Shown piece by piece: positions 26,929-40,258 of a stretch of DNA of 64,000 nucleotides. This stretch comes from Ptychomitrium polyphyllum (Eukaryota). The stretch spans positions 2,480,001 to 2,544,000 of the forward strand of contig OZ316775.1 of NCBI GenBank assembly GCA_973851085.1, read 5' to 3'. The notes beneath the pieces are model-generated. The model did no database searches, was not told where the DNA came from, and saw nothing but the letters and a program-made list of their open reading frames with translations. The position numbers and the translations under genes are program-made. Numbering within the stretch: the first letter of the stretch is position 1; every line of letters begins with the position of its first letter.

Positions 26929-29900
26929 ATGGCGTGCGGCTACAGTACAGATGGGGTGCAGACAGACGAAGCAAGTGCAGGCGCCTCCCGCGGCGAGAAT
27001 CCCCACCTTGTGTCTCAAGGCAGCGAATCTCAACCCACTCGAGGAACGGCTTCCAAGTACGACTTCGTGAAGGTTCGTCAATCTGGTCTTCTCAACTATT
27101 CCTAAATCTCTGTCCACAAGAATGCATCAGTGATTTAGCAGAACAAGAGCCCTGATCGAGAGTCCTTTCCTGCGGGTGCTGTGATAGTTGCTGGGCGTTG
27201 TCACCACGTTCAGAGAAAGGATGATCTGTTGCACTGTTCGTGTAAAGGTGACGAAGCGCCCGTGAGCTGAATTTTCTTTTGAATGATCTATTGAGCGTTA
27301 AACTTTTTCGAAGGGGATCGTCCGTGATGTTGATTGGCATTAGGGTGGAGTGGTGGAGTACAGGTGAAGGTATGGCTGGGGACGAATGCGGACCACTACT
27401 ACATTCTCTCGCGTTTCTTGATCAGCCGCATGCTGCTTGTCACCAAGGTATATATCATCTCGCTTTCTTTGATCGATCAACAGTTTAGACAGTATATTCA
27501 ATCTGCAAACCTGGGGCAAAGCTAATCGTGAATCAACTGGAAGGTTCTTTTTTAGAATTGTTTGTTGGTTGGTTTGCTCCTCATCGGCTGTAGTGAGAAA
27601 TGCGAAAATGGAGACATTTTGGTTGATACAAAGTGTTCTAAGAATGGTCGGTGTGAGGTTTCAGATTCCGAATCACGTCGCTATCAAAATTTCTCTGGAG
27701 CTCAAGAAGCTGCTGATTGACAACAGTCTGCTTGATGTGTGAGGCCCTCACCAAACCTCATGTATCATACTGCCTGTTATCTTATGTAATCTCCGCTTTC
27801 ACTTCACTGGTTTGTCTTTGTTATGGTTGATGTGATAGGACACAGAATGCGGGTCGTCTCCTAACTGGATGAATATTTGGTGTTGATAGTTCGCAGTCAG
27901 ACCTGGAGGCCAATTTGTTCAAGGTATGCTACATTCTTGCGTACTGTAGTCGTGGTTGAGAATGTTAACGGGTGTAAACAGGTGCTGCAGACAACTCTTT
28001 GAAGCTACAATATGTGTAAATGGTGTTTCTAAGTAAAAGTTAGTTCCCATCAAGGCTATAAATGGGTTTATATACTGTACAAATTTGAAGGGACAGCATT
28101 CTGGTTACTTTGCGTTGTTAAACATGAAGCTTATCTTTTTTATTGTTTCTGATGAAGCATGTAATTTGGTGCAGCTAATGGAGCGGCGTGGCTATGGTGA
28201 TGAGTACATTGAGCGCTACAAGATGATGACCAGGTTGGTAATAGACCTCTAACTATACTAGTGTTTTTCTTGAACATATGGCAGATGCCCTAGTCCTGGT
28301 AGAAGTGGTAAAAAGTGGCCCGAACCACAGATTTCGCTGGAACAACACTGCGGCGACAAGAATGAGTGATACAGATTAATAAAGCTCTATTGCAACCTAG
28401 AGCTTTTGATTTCCATGGAACTTGGCTTATTATGAAAACCAGCCAAGTTTGTGGGTAAAGATACTTTCTTTCTATAAAAAACAACAATAACTAACAATTT
28501 ATTTATTACACGGATTTTACTTTTTTAAGGAAGGATTGAATGAAATCAAAAGCGTTTATACCAATTAGTACAACTGGTGCAGTAGCTAACAATAATGACA
28601 ACTTGTGAAACAGGTTTCATCACCAAAGACTGCCTCTTATTATCCTTGTATGCGGCACAGCATGTGTTGGAAAATCCACCCTGGCTACTCAACTTGCTCA
28701 GCGCCTCAATCTACCGAACGTCTTGCAGGTAATTTGTTCATCTCAATAGAAGCTGGAAAAGCACCTTTTTGTAGAGCATTCCTTTGTTAGAATTGAATCT
28801 TATTGACCGGTCTCTTCTTATGCTGCGTGTGGTTTGATGCCCACAGACAGACATGGTCTACGAACTGCTTCGCACCGCCACAGAGTAATCAAACACCTAT
28901 TTTGACCCAACTGCTCCAAGCCTTCTACTTTGCGTTTGTTTTAATATTTCTGGCAGTTATATTAAACCTTTATTTTAAGAGCTGTTCTTTGAATGGAATC
29001 GATTCTGAGTTTGAGCGTTGTATTACAGTCATGCAAACGGTGCTGCACTAGCATCAGCGCCTGTTTGGGCCCGGGATTTTGCTTCTTCTGAGGAGCTGAT
29101 CACCGAGTTTCGCCGTGAATGTCGCATTGTTCGCAAAGGTAAGAAATTTCACTTGTGAATCAATTTATCTTATTAGTTTTTGGAACTATTGGAATCAAAT
29201 CTGATGGAGAGTTTGGTTTGCGTTACTAGGACTTGACGGTGATCTGAAGAAGGCCATGAAAGATGGGAAGCCAGTTATTATCGAGGTAAGAGATTAGCTT
29301 GAATTGCACGGTACTGGAAAATAAGCTTTAGAGTTCTTCACAACACCTTTTGACAATACCTTCAATGCCATTCAATTTTGATCGATTACTGCCTCCCTCG
29401 GTTGCACTTTCTAATAGAATTGATCTGGTGTGGAAGCAGGGATTTCACTTGGATCCATCCATCTACCTCGGAAATAAAGAAAGTGAAGTGTTCGGAAGTG
29501 GTGCTGTACATATTAAAGCCTTACCTTCAGCAGCTAATACAGTGTCTGTTGCAGGAATAGAAAAAGATGGTAAAACTAATTCTAGCAACCAATCTGGAAC
29601 GTAAATTTCTACTAAGTACCGAGTGTTTCAGATCTCGATGCCATTATTACATATTCGATGTGTTACGATATTCTGGTTTTTCTGATGTATTGAGATATAT
29701 CTCATGGGATGTTGTCAGGAAGTTGGCTATCTCCTTTAAAACACATGGTTGTCTTTTCATTACTTTTTGGTGAACGTGCAGGGGCTACAGGCGAAGCCGT
29801 GGTGGGTAAAGATGAAGAACAAGCACCAGTGAAGTGGACTCCTCCGAAGTGCATCATTGTGCCCGTTGTCCTAAAGATGGCTGATGTTGACCACCAGGTA

Positions 29901-31026
29901 TTTGATTAATAGCAACTATTCTCAGTTATTTCTTTTATGAATTTAGAAGTTCGAAGTCGCATTTGGAAGGTTTCTTTTGATGTACCATTAGTCCCCTATA
30001 CTCATGCGTGCACTTATCTTCAAAACAAAATTTGTAGTGCCAGAAGTTTTCTTTTATCTTGGCAGTAAGTATGATTATGATGTTTTCGGTAATATGCAGA
30101 CCTTACTGGAGGAGTGGATAGCCGTTCGTGCAGCAGATACCGAAACCACTGTTTCGCAAGAGGTAATATGTTTTCAGTTTCCCTTTATAGAAATGTTTAC
30201 ATTGTTTCTAACTCTCTGTTCACCTTTTGATGATCTCAAAATTTGAACTCTGGATACACTTCACTACTGCTGCTGCGCAAAAGTCTGGGTTCTATATCTA
30301 CTTTGCCGATTTTGCTCCAAAGGGTGCTTTTTGTGAGTAGTTTCAGGATAGACGTTAAATGTTGAAAATCTTGCTACTGAATTTTCATCCTTGGTTTTTG
30401 GATTTTCTGCAGGAGAAGAATGCTTTGTTAAAAAGACTGAAAACCATTCAGGACTATCTGACATCCTTTGAGTCACAGGTATAGAGAGAAAGGAATCTGC
30501 CAAATTTGTGTGAACAGTTCCAGTGTCACTTTAACATCTCCTTATCCTACAACAATTTTTTCACACAGAATTCACTACATCTTTGTCTGCATCTTATTGT
30601 GTGCACTAGCTAATATCGTGAAGTATGTGCTTTTGTACTTCATCAGGGAATGACGCTGGTGAACCTATCCGCTACAACTTTCCCACAAACCTTGGACTGG
30701 GTGCACAGCTACCTCTTGGAGGTACTTAGTTTGATGGCGTTCATTGAAGTTTACCTTATGCACAACAATCGTGACTTGAATTGAATTTGTGTTGATTCAA
30801 GGTAGTGAGGGTAGAACTTTAGGAATTGAAGCACATTAATCAGATTGTTGCCTTACCTGTTGGTCTTGTTTTCTGAGTGATTTGGAAGCTTGTTGTGGTC
30901 TTGTTGGTTTCACAAGTGGGTTCAAAGCAGCTTTCCTATCTATACTCACTGTATCTGCGTTCTCGTGTTGTTGTGCAGTGCATTGAACAAGGATCTACAC
31001 CTCCCAATTCACGTGCTGGCTCTTAA
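26929..31026 (+). CDS. P-loop NTPase, 2-phosphoglycerate-kinase-related (At5g61450-like)
   Basis: About 16 phase-consistent exons: SKYDFVKVKVWLG..HYYILSRFLISRML, IPNHVAIKISLELKKLL, Walker A CGTACVGKST, TDMVYELLRT, GLDGDLKKAMKDGKPVIIEG, FPQTLDWVHSYLLECIEQG. Stop TAA 31024-31026. Confidence 0.9.
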
Positions 31027-32837
31027 GGAAGCACGACGTCATCGACTACACTTCCAAACCAGCACGATATTTAGTAGTTTGGATTAAGAATTAGTGTGTA
31101 GAGTATTTCAGTAACTGTAGAGTGAAGTCAAAGCGTCAAATTCAAAGGATTTGTGTTGAGCACAATGACGGAATCTGGAAAAGATGGATTGGAGTCCGCA
31201 AATTCTGCTCTGAATCATTACAAAAAGATTCCTGGGGACTCAAAAGTTGAACTAGCTGGAAGTAAGCAACGTTTATTGACCTGGTCATTGAAGTAATCCA
31301 CCTTGTCGTTTTCAATTGTATGCACAATATGTTACAGTATTGAAACATTCTGAAAGATACCAGACACAGCCCCAGAAGTCAAAACCGATTACGAATTGGC
31401 AAAATGGACACAGAGAGGTTGAAGGAATTATGATGCAGAGCAAGGAGCTGAATTTCTTACACACTCCAGAAGCGCCATTGTGCTCTCCAGAGTGGATCGA
31501 CGCACATGTACGGTGGTACTGGCGGGTGCCGGGGGGGTTGGATGAACTCTCCCTACTGCTCTGGAGACTGCCTCCCCACGCCTCGCACCGCGACAGTGAA
31601 TCCAGGCTTCACAACTATCTAGCGAGTCACCTTCAAGTTCTTCAACTTTCTGCTAGGAGGACAAATCTCAATTGTGTTCTTTCGATACTCCCTCTATGTA
31701 AAGGTGCTGGTAAAGAGGCCCTCAGAAACTGTTGGTGGCCTAAGAAATCCTGAGTTTCTTAATTGACCGCAGACATTTGTGAGGATAGTTTGCGGATATC
31801 AGCGCGTCAAAACTTTGCGTGATAATTCGCTCCTTGCCTTCCCAGCATGAAAGCTAAGCCGCAGTATCACTACTTGCAACAACTCCAGAATCATTCCCAA
31901 GCTGCAGGCATGCTTATCTCTGCGAATCAATTCCTGGGAGTGCTTTATCCTACCCTCTCTGTTGTGGCAATGGCTTCGTAGATGCACGTTCTGCTCGGGA
32001 GCATCTCTAGCTGCAAGCATGTCATGGTCACTTGGGGAACGCACATGAGAGTGCCAAGCCCAGAGTGCATGCTTGTTTGAAGGAATCAAGGGAGGGGAGT
32101 GCTTCATGATAATCTATCTTTCAGATTTTGGAAGCTTCATCTCTTGCTTATCAGCTCTTTGGCCTTGTTTTCCTTCACTGCTAGAGTTATTCTTGGCAAT
32201 TTCTGTTAGTTGACCTGCGTGACTGTTATCTAAGTGAGTCGTAGATACTAGTGTTATCTGTACACTCATCCACACAGCAATCTCACCTCTTTCATAATCT
32301 AAGATTTTTGTACATTCTACTCCAGAAAACGTTTAAAAGTGCAAACAATGTCAAATCTGTGTACGTGTAAACCCAAACCCGACAGTATCTGCCTCGAAAG
32401 TAGATTTAGAATATTAATTCTACGTTCTGCGTAGTTATCGTTGGGTTTCAGTCCAGTAATGGTTGTGGGTGCGCATGTATCAGAGCCATGAAAGACGCAT
32501 GTTTTCGTGTCGGCGTTGCGTTTGCGATCTCACGGACTGGAGCTTCAGAGCAGAGCGATCCATAGGGTTAGAGCTCCTGGAGAGTCATCGTAACCCTAGC
32601 TCCCTTCCTTGTAAGCGTGAAACTGGATTCTCAAGCGCAGCGGTGATGAAGCACTTGAGAAATGGCGGCACGATTCGGGGAGGTTACCAAGTGTTAGTGT
32701 AACCCTAGGAGGATAAGTGGATGCGGAGGTACTGTGCGGATTGTCATACCGCTAGGGGGAGTGTGCGAGAGGGAAGGTCGAGTGGCGCTGGGACGGGCTT
32801 CGGCCATGCTTTTGATGTTTGGATCGAGAGCTCTGGA

Positions 32838-34549
32838 ATGACGCCGGGCTGGAAACAGCGGCGTGTTCTCTTCTTTTTCCTGTCTGCCCTGGTGGTCTTG
32901 TTTGCGAATGCGAGTTACGCGGCCACGGAGGAGACGTCCTTTGTGGTGACCCGGCGTGGAGGAGAGGAGAAATGGGGTTTAGGTTTTCGCGATGAGTCTC
33001 CTTGTGGTTCTGCTGCGGAGGTACGAGTTCTGATTTGGAAACGGTCTAAGTGGTGCGGGATGTTGTTGTATGGTATAGAGGAGTGTTGCTATGATTGTCT
33101 TTGTCAGAACTAGGAAGAGTATCGGGTTTCAGGCTGTCGTTGAGGGTTATTTAGGTTGATAGTGCGAGTTAGGATTTTTGCTTATATTGAATCTCTGATT
33201 ACGTGATGAATTGGATGCGGCAATATGCATCCGGTATTGTGTTTAGCATGCATGGATATAAGGATGTCATGGAGACGTGCGTTTGACGTGCTTGAACAGT
33301 ACAAGCTGTTAGGTTATCTAGGAGCACGGTGCCAGAATAGCTATCGTGTATCTGTCCGTTGTCAATGCTCATTATGTTGACGTGTGAAAAAAATTAGGGT
33401 TTCACTTCAAATTTTGAACCTGGTGATATGGTGGGGTTGCAGACATGGCCGGAAGGACACTTGAGGCAAAGGATATCATCTGAAGCTTCTGGCGATGGTA
33501 CCAGTGATATCGCCACAGGTAGGTCTATACGGTCCGGCTCAACCCTGACAAGGAAACCACTGCGGTTGTCTGTTAAAATAGTTTTGTGCATTTCACATAG
33601 AGTTTTCAAGCTTTATTCCTTATGTCAATCGTTATAAGTTTTTGTTAATTCTATTTCTTAGCATTGCTTCATTGTAGACTGAATGTGTTCGTTTTTGAGG
33701 AGGATGACATTACAGGCAGAGGTTTTGTGTTCAGTTTTATTTGTTTTGGGATGTGAGATTGTCGTTGTGTTCCTGGATCTCAAGGATTATTTTAGTTTTT
33801 CTTAAGTGAAGCTTATTCTTCAATCGATTGTATCTGGTTCGTGTGATCCATTTGTCCAGATGTTTTGTGTTCTCACCTTGCGTAAGGGTTCTCTATGAGG
33901 TCTCTTAGACTGGAAGCGTCGATTTATGTACGTATAAAGAGTAACGATGTGGTTTCGCTGTGATTCAGGGCCTTGCAATCGTCAGACAGAAAAGACATTG
34001 TCGTGCCCTGTGAAATGCTTCAGAGCCGATCCGTGAGTATACATTCTCATCTACCTTTTGTTTTATAAATATTATAGAGAAAATAATGCTTAGTTGATCC
34101 ACCTTAACTCATTAATCTGTTATTTATTTTTATGCTTGTGCATCCTCTTTGCTTCCCTTGCTGAAGCGTGCGATGTGTTCTTCTTCAGGGTTTGTGGGAC
34201 TGATAAAGTCACATATTGGTAAGTAGCAGCTCACATCTTCTACTTCTTCTATGTGATGAACCCGATTCTTTTCAATCGTGTATACTACTTTGAGTTTAAT
34301 TTGCTACTTAACGTTTTTCGATCTGTAACTGTGATCTTGTAAATTTGTATCGTAAATTTGAATAGGTGTGGAGTTGCCGATGCTGTGTGTGCGGGAGTGG
34401 AAGTAGCTCATGATGGATTCTGCAATCTGTGGGAGTTGGATACAAGTGTTGGATCGACAACCGCACTGCGTGCTGCTCAATCTTTACAATTGGTTCACAT
34501 ACTCTGGCTCGTGGTTGCAGGTCTATTGATCGTGTTGGGTTCAGTTTAA
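32838..34549 (+). CDS. Kazal-type serine protease inhibitor family protein with signal peptide and C-terminal hydrophobic anchor
   Basis: Exons 32838-33020, 33398-33518, 33969-34032, 34189-34218, 34366-34549. Kazal-like CPVKCFRADPVCGTDKVTYWCGVADAVCAGVEVAHDGFC and tail LQLVHILWLVVAGLLIVLG, as in plant Kazal proteins (At4g01575 type). Confidence 0.88.
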
Positions 34550-35003
34550 GCTCAGAACATTATTCTTTTATTTCTTGAATACAACCATTCTTTGAATTTC
34601 ATTTAAGTCAAGAGACGATTCATTTACTCTTCCAACAGGTTCACATGTAGACATTGACAGGTTAGCTACAAAGGTTACGTCTATTGTTGAGAATGGAGGA
34701 TTTCTTATTCTCTTTTTGACACTCAAAGTAAAGAATTGTACCATGTTTCGGCATTAATTAAAATGTTACATATTTGTGTTTGTACTAGTGAAAACGTCCA
34801 CATCTGTGTTTCTCGTATGAGTTCTATAACCAACAAGCCGTTGTGAAGTGCAGGCAGGTGGTGTTGTTTAAAGTCTGATGACCACTGTTCGACAGTCGAC
34901 ACTCGTGTAGGGAGCGGTCGACACTTAGATATATGGTTTGCAATGGATTAAGTTTTCATCTACTCACGTCTATTTCGAGCTTTATTCGAGGTGTCGTGTG
35001 GTA

Positions 35004-35076
35004 TCCGTTGTAGTCTAGATGGTTAGGTTACTCGGCTCTCACCCGAGCGACCCGGGTTCGAATCCCGGCAACGGAA
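35004..35076 (+). tRNA. tRNA-Glu (anticodon CTC)
   Basis: Acceptor stem TCCGTTG...CAACGGA, anticodon arm CTCGG-CT-CTC-AC-CCGAG and T-loop GGTTCGAATCC. Confidence 0.93.
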
Positions 35077-35100
35077 GCTCCCGAGTTACAGAAGACTACA

Positions 35101-35107
35101 TTTTTTT
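35101..35107 (+). terminator. RNA polymerase III oligo-T terminator of tRNA-Glu
   Basis: Run of 7 T about 25 nt downstream of the tRNA. Confidence 0.7.
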
Positions 35108-35709
35108 ATGTTTGTCCTTCAATCTTGCTTCTTAGTTGAGGAAGCATTGGGATTATGTTTATCACGTCAAGCGCAGTGAATATGGCCCTCGGTTTTTTCA
35201 GTGACTCTCGAGGCCTTACTACCAAGTTTTGGCTGCCATATGAACTTCGCTGTGAAACCGAGGAAAGGGATTGTCGAACTCGGTTACACACTGTGTGTGG
35301 CTTTTCGAGTTTTACGTGATCGTATATCGTGTTGGTGCTCAGAAGTTTTCAAGTTCAATGATGGTCTCATCGTCATAGTGTAACCGCTTGGTGACTATAA
35401 ACTTGGAGGAAAGTGTTTGTTTTGGAAAAAAAAATTCTGCCAATGGTACTCAGCAAGGCTACAGAGGAAAATGCAACAGCTCATGGACGATGGTCCGGTT
35501 ACATTATTTGTGTCTTGAACTTCAGGAGCTGCACTCCTCAAAGTGGGAACTATGTGCTATGGTTGTATTGAATCACTTGAACTCCAGGGCTGGTAGATTT
35601 TATCACAGAAGTTAAGCAGATCATACTTGTTCTCTTGACTGACTGATTTGTTGCAGAACTTTAGATGGTATTCCGGCTTACTGGAGCAGGTCTATAAACA
35701 ACACAGCAC

Positions 35710-38700
35710 ATGCCGAAGATCTCAGGTACGTGCAATTCAACCATTACCTTGATACACACACAGTTTTACCACCTTTGCTTTTCACATGGATGACCTTCTT
35801 CAGAGTCCAACTAAGTTACCCCACTTCAAAGAATTGTGAAGCATTTGGCTTTTCTCACTACAACTGTGCTGAGGATTAGAATGATTTGTCTAATCTTTGT
35901 GGCGCACAAATGGGTCTCGAGGAATGATTCAGTTTGGGAGGTTTTAATACTTTCAAGATGAAATAAAACTATCAATCCAAACGCCTTCTTTGCTTGTGGG
36001 TTAATGGCAACTGGTCCTCATCTTGTGCCTCTGCTCTTTCCTCTTGTGAAACTATATGTGAAGCCTCTTCACCATGTTCCCTCCTCCTAGACCTAACTAT
36101 CTGAGCCTCAGCCGCAATCCTCTCGGGGCCGCTCTCATTTGCCTCGGGAAAATTTTGTGCCGCATCAAGATTTGAATATTGCTCAGAACCAGAGGCGATT
36201 TCCTGCGGTATGGCTGTTGCATTGAGCTCAGCAAGGAAGGCACCTGGGTTCATGTCAATAGTATCATCAAGCTGGAGTGAATTAGGGTTTCCTACATCTG
36301 GAGTGATGGTAGATTGTGACATGCGATTCCCTTCAATGGGATGGTCCAAGTTCTGCATGATTTGTTCGATATCGTTAAGGCGGGTGCGCATGATCGTGAG
36401 CCAGTCCGACACTTGGGAGGAATGGACTGTTAAGCGGCTGATGGAGTCTTCTTGTGGTTGTTGAGAAAGTTGAGACACGGCTGAAGCTATCATCTGCCTC
36501 CTTTGTTGTTCGATATTAAAGTTGAATTCTACGTTTCCCTCCATGTTTGCTAGCCTTGCATGCATCGATGCTAACCATGTTGCAGCCTGCACAAAAATAT
36601 TCGTTTTGAGAAAGAATGACATAACTGTTATCAAGTGAATGTTAGTCTAGGATCACGAGTAATTTACTAGTTCTTTTTGTTGGGATTAGTTCATCGTTGA
36701 AGTGATCGAAGTCATTCACAATTTTCATAATACTTAAAACTGTTAATTAGTTAGTGGTTTGGTTGAGGTTCAGTTCAATGGGAGATTCAAATGCCGTTGT
36801 TGCTTTTCCAGTTTGATATCTCATAGACGCACTTGACAACTCACTGTAGTCTGGGTAGTTCAAGCGAAATTGTGAGCTTGCAGGAGACATGGCATCTGTT
36901 TAGCCCTGCTTTATATATGAATCACCTGTGTAGGATCTTCAGTAGGACGGCTGCCGTTAATTATTTGCTCCCACTCTTGTGACAGAAGTGCAGAGGCTGC
37001 CAGCATTTGTTGTCTTTCTATGTTTCTTGCTTCGGGAATTTGATTCAGCGCAGAATTGTACCGAGAGTTCACCAGAGCTTGCCTGAGCTGGCCTCGCCTA
37101 TAAGTTAATCTTCGTCGCAAGTAGCCGCTTTGTGAGTGTTCAGTTGGTTCGCCTGCCTCCCAACCATCATGCTCCATGTCTTGCAATCTGGTTGCAGCTT
37201 CCTCACCTTCCTGTGGATTATCTTCCCCTGTTTGGAGTGTGGCCTCGGAAGTTGGGGCTTCGGCACCAGGTCCTCGTGGCTCACCTTCTTCAATTTCTGT
37301 GCCTACTTGCTCAAATTCTCTGACTTGGTTAGTGCTTTCGCTGGCTTCTGCTTCCCGAAGTTCCCCTTCACGCTCACGTTCTAGTCTCTCCCTTTGTTGC
37401 CTTACGGTCTCTATCCTTCTCGCAGCAGGGCGTGGGGGGATTCTCTCGGATCCTAGTACACCCTGCAGTCTGGCCGGAGCTAGGGAATTTTCACGGCCGT
37501 AAATTGGCGTAATGCTGTACTCAGCTATGGCCCCTTTGCAGACTGGACACTCTTTATGATAAGAATGCACATGCAACCATCTGTACAGGCATGGCCAACA
37601 AAAAAGGTGACCACAACATGTAACCACCGCTTCGTTCGCTTTCTGAAAACAAATGTTGCACTCAAAATTCTCTCCTATGCCTGACGATTCTTCCGTTGCT
37701 GTCGCTGAAGTTAATCGAGTCAACCTCTCTTGACTCCCTTCAATTTCCACAGGAGTTTGGACTACGGGTCCACTTGTCATAGACCCTGGGAATAGATCCA
37801 ATCAGTGCAGCCATTATAATCAACAATTAATCTGTGGGGATCAGAGTGCTTATACGCACCAGTTAATTTCGGTTTGGTTGTAGAGCCTGCTAAGGTAGGT
37901 TTTTGGACTTCAATTTCATGATTTCTTTAAATATTGCAAAATGATTGTGATGTCTGTGTGATTTGCGAAAGGTATGCGGCTAAGAAATTCTGCTTCTACA
38001 CTAATGGAGTACCTGTAATGCTGGTAGCAGTGCTACGTTCACGGTTGTTGTACACCATATCCGCAGCCACTGAGTGGATGTGCGTAATATGGGCTCTATT
38101 TATCCTGTTCGGCCTCCTGATTCTCTGCCTCATATGTGGTAACCTACGAGGTAAAAACCGTTGCATCTGCCCTTGATGCCTAGTTTCAAACCCAGTCTGG
38201 CTACTCTGGACATAGCCTTCTGCTTGTTGCATGTAATTATGTTGCTGAAGTTCTGTAAATCCGAGCATCTGCTCTTGTACAGGTGGACGGTATTCTTGGT
38301 ACCGATGGTCCAACTCTTGAAGTGTTGTGTACAAACTCCCTCTATGAATACTGCTAGGTACATAATCTTGCTGATCATACTGTGGTTGTTGAGAATCTAT
38401 AAGTGGGTAAGTAGGGTAGCTCTGTGCCCCGACTTGTTGCAACAACATATATGGATTGTAGTTTGGGATTGGATTTGGAATGCCAAGATTCAAATCTGCA
38501 TGTCTCGACGCTGATGTTTCTGACGTAGATCCAGAGATTTGGAGGTCTTGATCTGTGCTGCTCTGGATGTGTGCCCCAGGCACGTGCGTTGTCATGCCTA
38601 ATATTCCTCTGCCACGTTGTGTGCTGGTTATTGCATTGTTATAGAATGGTGCTTTCTTTTAGCATTGCGATAACCCTGGAATCATGAATCCTTTGATACT

Positions 38701-40258
38701 TGTGTTCCGTGCTAATTTCTTCCTGGAGATTGCTTGAGTGCAATGCAGGCGTGTTTGGAACGCAGTTGGTCATCTGGATTCTTCTGAAGCATTTTGTTAA
38801 ATTCGAAAGAAAGCAATCGAAGAACAACATGGAACTTCTGATATCATGGTGAGCGTGATTCTCGGTTACTTTTAATTGAGCTGACTTTTATCAGCGCCAC
38901 TGGCTTCAGCCTCCATGAGCTTGAATACAACCAACCATGTACTGAATCTGCGATGCATTGTTACATTTGCTTCTTTATCAACAAACAGACGTCCAGAATT
39001 ATTCCAAAATTTGTTATGTGGTAGCACTACCGGCGTCTGGAGGCTATCTTTCTGCAACAGTGAAAAATACCAATCCTAGAGATTGGCATCACAATGTGCA
39101 CATCTGCTGTCGCTTGAGAGCAGATTGAAGGTGGGGCTCTGGAGAAGCGACAAACGGGTGTGAATACAAACCCCTTGGGAAGCGCCATTTGGGGAAGATC
39201 GGATTGGAGAGAGGAAATGTTCACGTTGTTGGGATGCTGATTCCCTTTCCTCACTCCGACTCTTCAACACCCAAGCCTTTATCAAATATCGTTCTTAAAA
39301 TGGTCCTCTTCTCCCCTTCGTCATACTTTTTATTTCCGTTTTCATGCCTAGGTTTCTAGTCATTTTGAAACCACATGTATCTCAATTTGAACATTTCTGC
39401 TTGCCCGATTCATCGGCCCGAGCATCCTTCAGTGTCAGATGAAGTCATGAAGGGCGAACCGGTTTCTATAAGAGCTCTAAGTATATCCAAACCCCACGAA
39501 TTTGTCCTGTATCCACATGTGAGGTTTGTGATCACTTCGGCGCCTCCATGTCAGAGTCTAATGGAGGTGAAGGGGAAAACCGCACGGTTGTGAAACATAT
39601 CAGTATGGACAAAACCCTCAAAAACCAATGAATGACGAAACAGTATCTTCTTACTTCTCTCGTATGTCTTGGTATGTGAAAATTGATGATTTTATAATAA
39701 GCTTGTTGGCATCTATGTTTCTCCTTGTGATCCGTGTCGTCATATGCCTCTATCTCAGCTCCTTTTAGAGGTGGTTCTAAACATTTAGAGTATGACTTTG
39801 TTACTAGTAATAAGCCAGGAACATAAAAAGAGTAGGATTGCCGACATACTCTGCGTAAGTTAGTACAGTTAGCACTCTGTTCTGTCTTGTACTGCAAGGA
39901 GCATTCGCAGCAAAGTCTTGATAATGTCAATGTGCTCTCTTAAGATGAATGGAAGGCGCCAAACGGACCAAAGACCTTTAAGGACATCAGCAGCGATATT
40001 GCAAAGAAGTGGGGGCCGTCGCAGTCGCAAGTTGACGAGCAAATTGACTTGTGCATCGACTTAACACTTCGACGAGTTGTATATGGCTCCATAACGGGAT
40101 TAGCAACCGCCATTCTGATGTTTAGGGGTCGTACAATGCGATCGTCAGCTATTGCATTTGGCGCAGGCGCCGGTTTGGGATCTGCATGCGCAGACTGCGC
40201 ACACATTTTGGGTGATAGAATGGTATTTCCTTCGTTTCCGAAATGGCCTCCAAGGTGA
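35710..40258 (+). CDS. MIC10: MICOS complex subunit MIC10-like (DUF543). Model: exon 35710-35725 plus exon 39945-40258 (109 aa)
   Basis: The main exon encodes DLCIDLTLRRVVYGSITGLATAILMFRG..SAIAFGAGAGLGSACADC, with the GxGxGxG motif. It has no in-frame ATG before the domain and an in-frame TAA at 39941, so it needs an upstream exon. ATG CCG AAG ATC TCA G|GTACGT fits in phase 1. Family call is confident; first exon is inferred. Confidence 0.65.
35972..38595 (-). CDS. C3HC4 RING E3 ubiquitin ligase (RMA1/RNF5-type RING), about 685 aa
   Basis: Exons 38013-38595, 36926-37785 and 35972-36586 join in frame. RING: FECNICFQKANEAVVTCCGHLFCWPCLYRWL..ECPVCKG..ITPIYGR..IPPRPAARR. Confidence 0.85.

Noticed and set aside
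37777..38013. Apparent stop/start ATGA overlap (translational coupling) between the 199-aa ORF and the RING ORF, using the acceptor at 37887
   Set aside because: A better acceptor (CTGAT..TATTCCCAG| at 37786) joins the two ORFs in frame as one protein.
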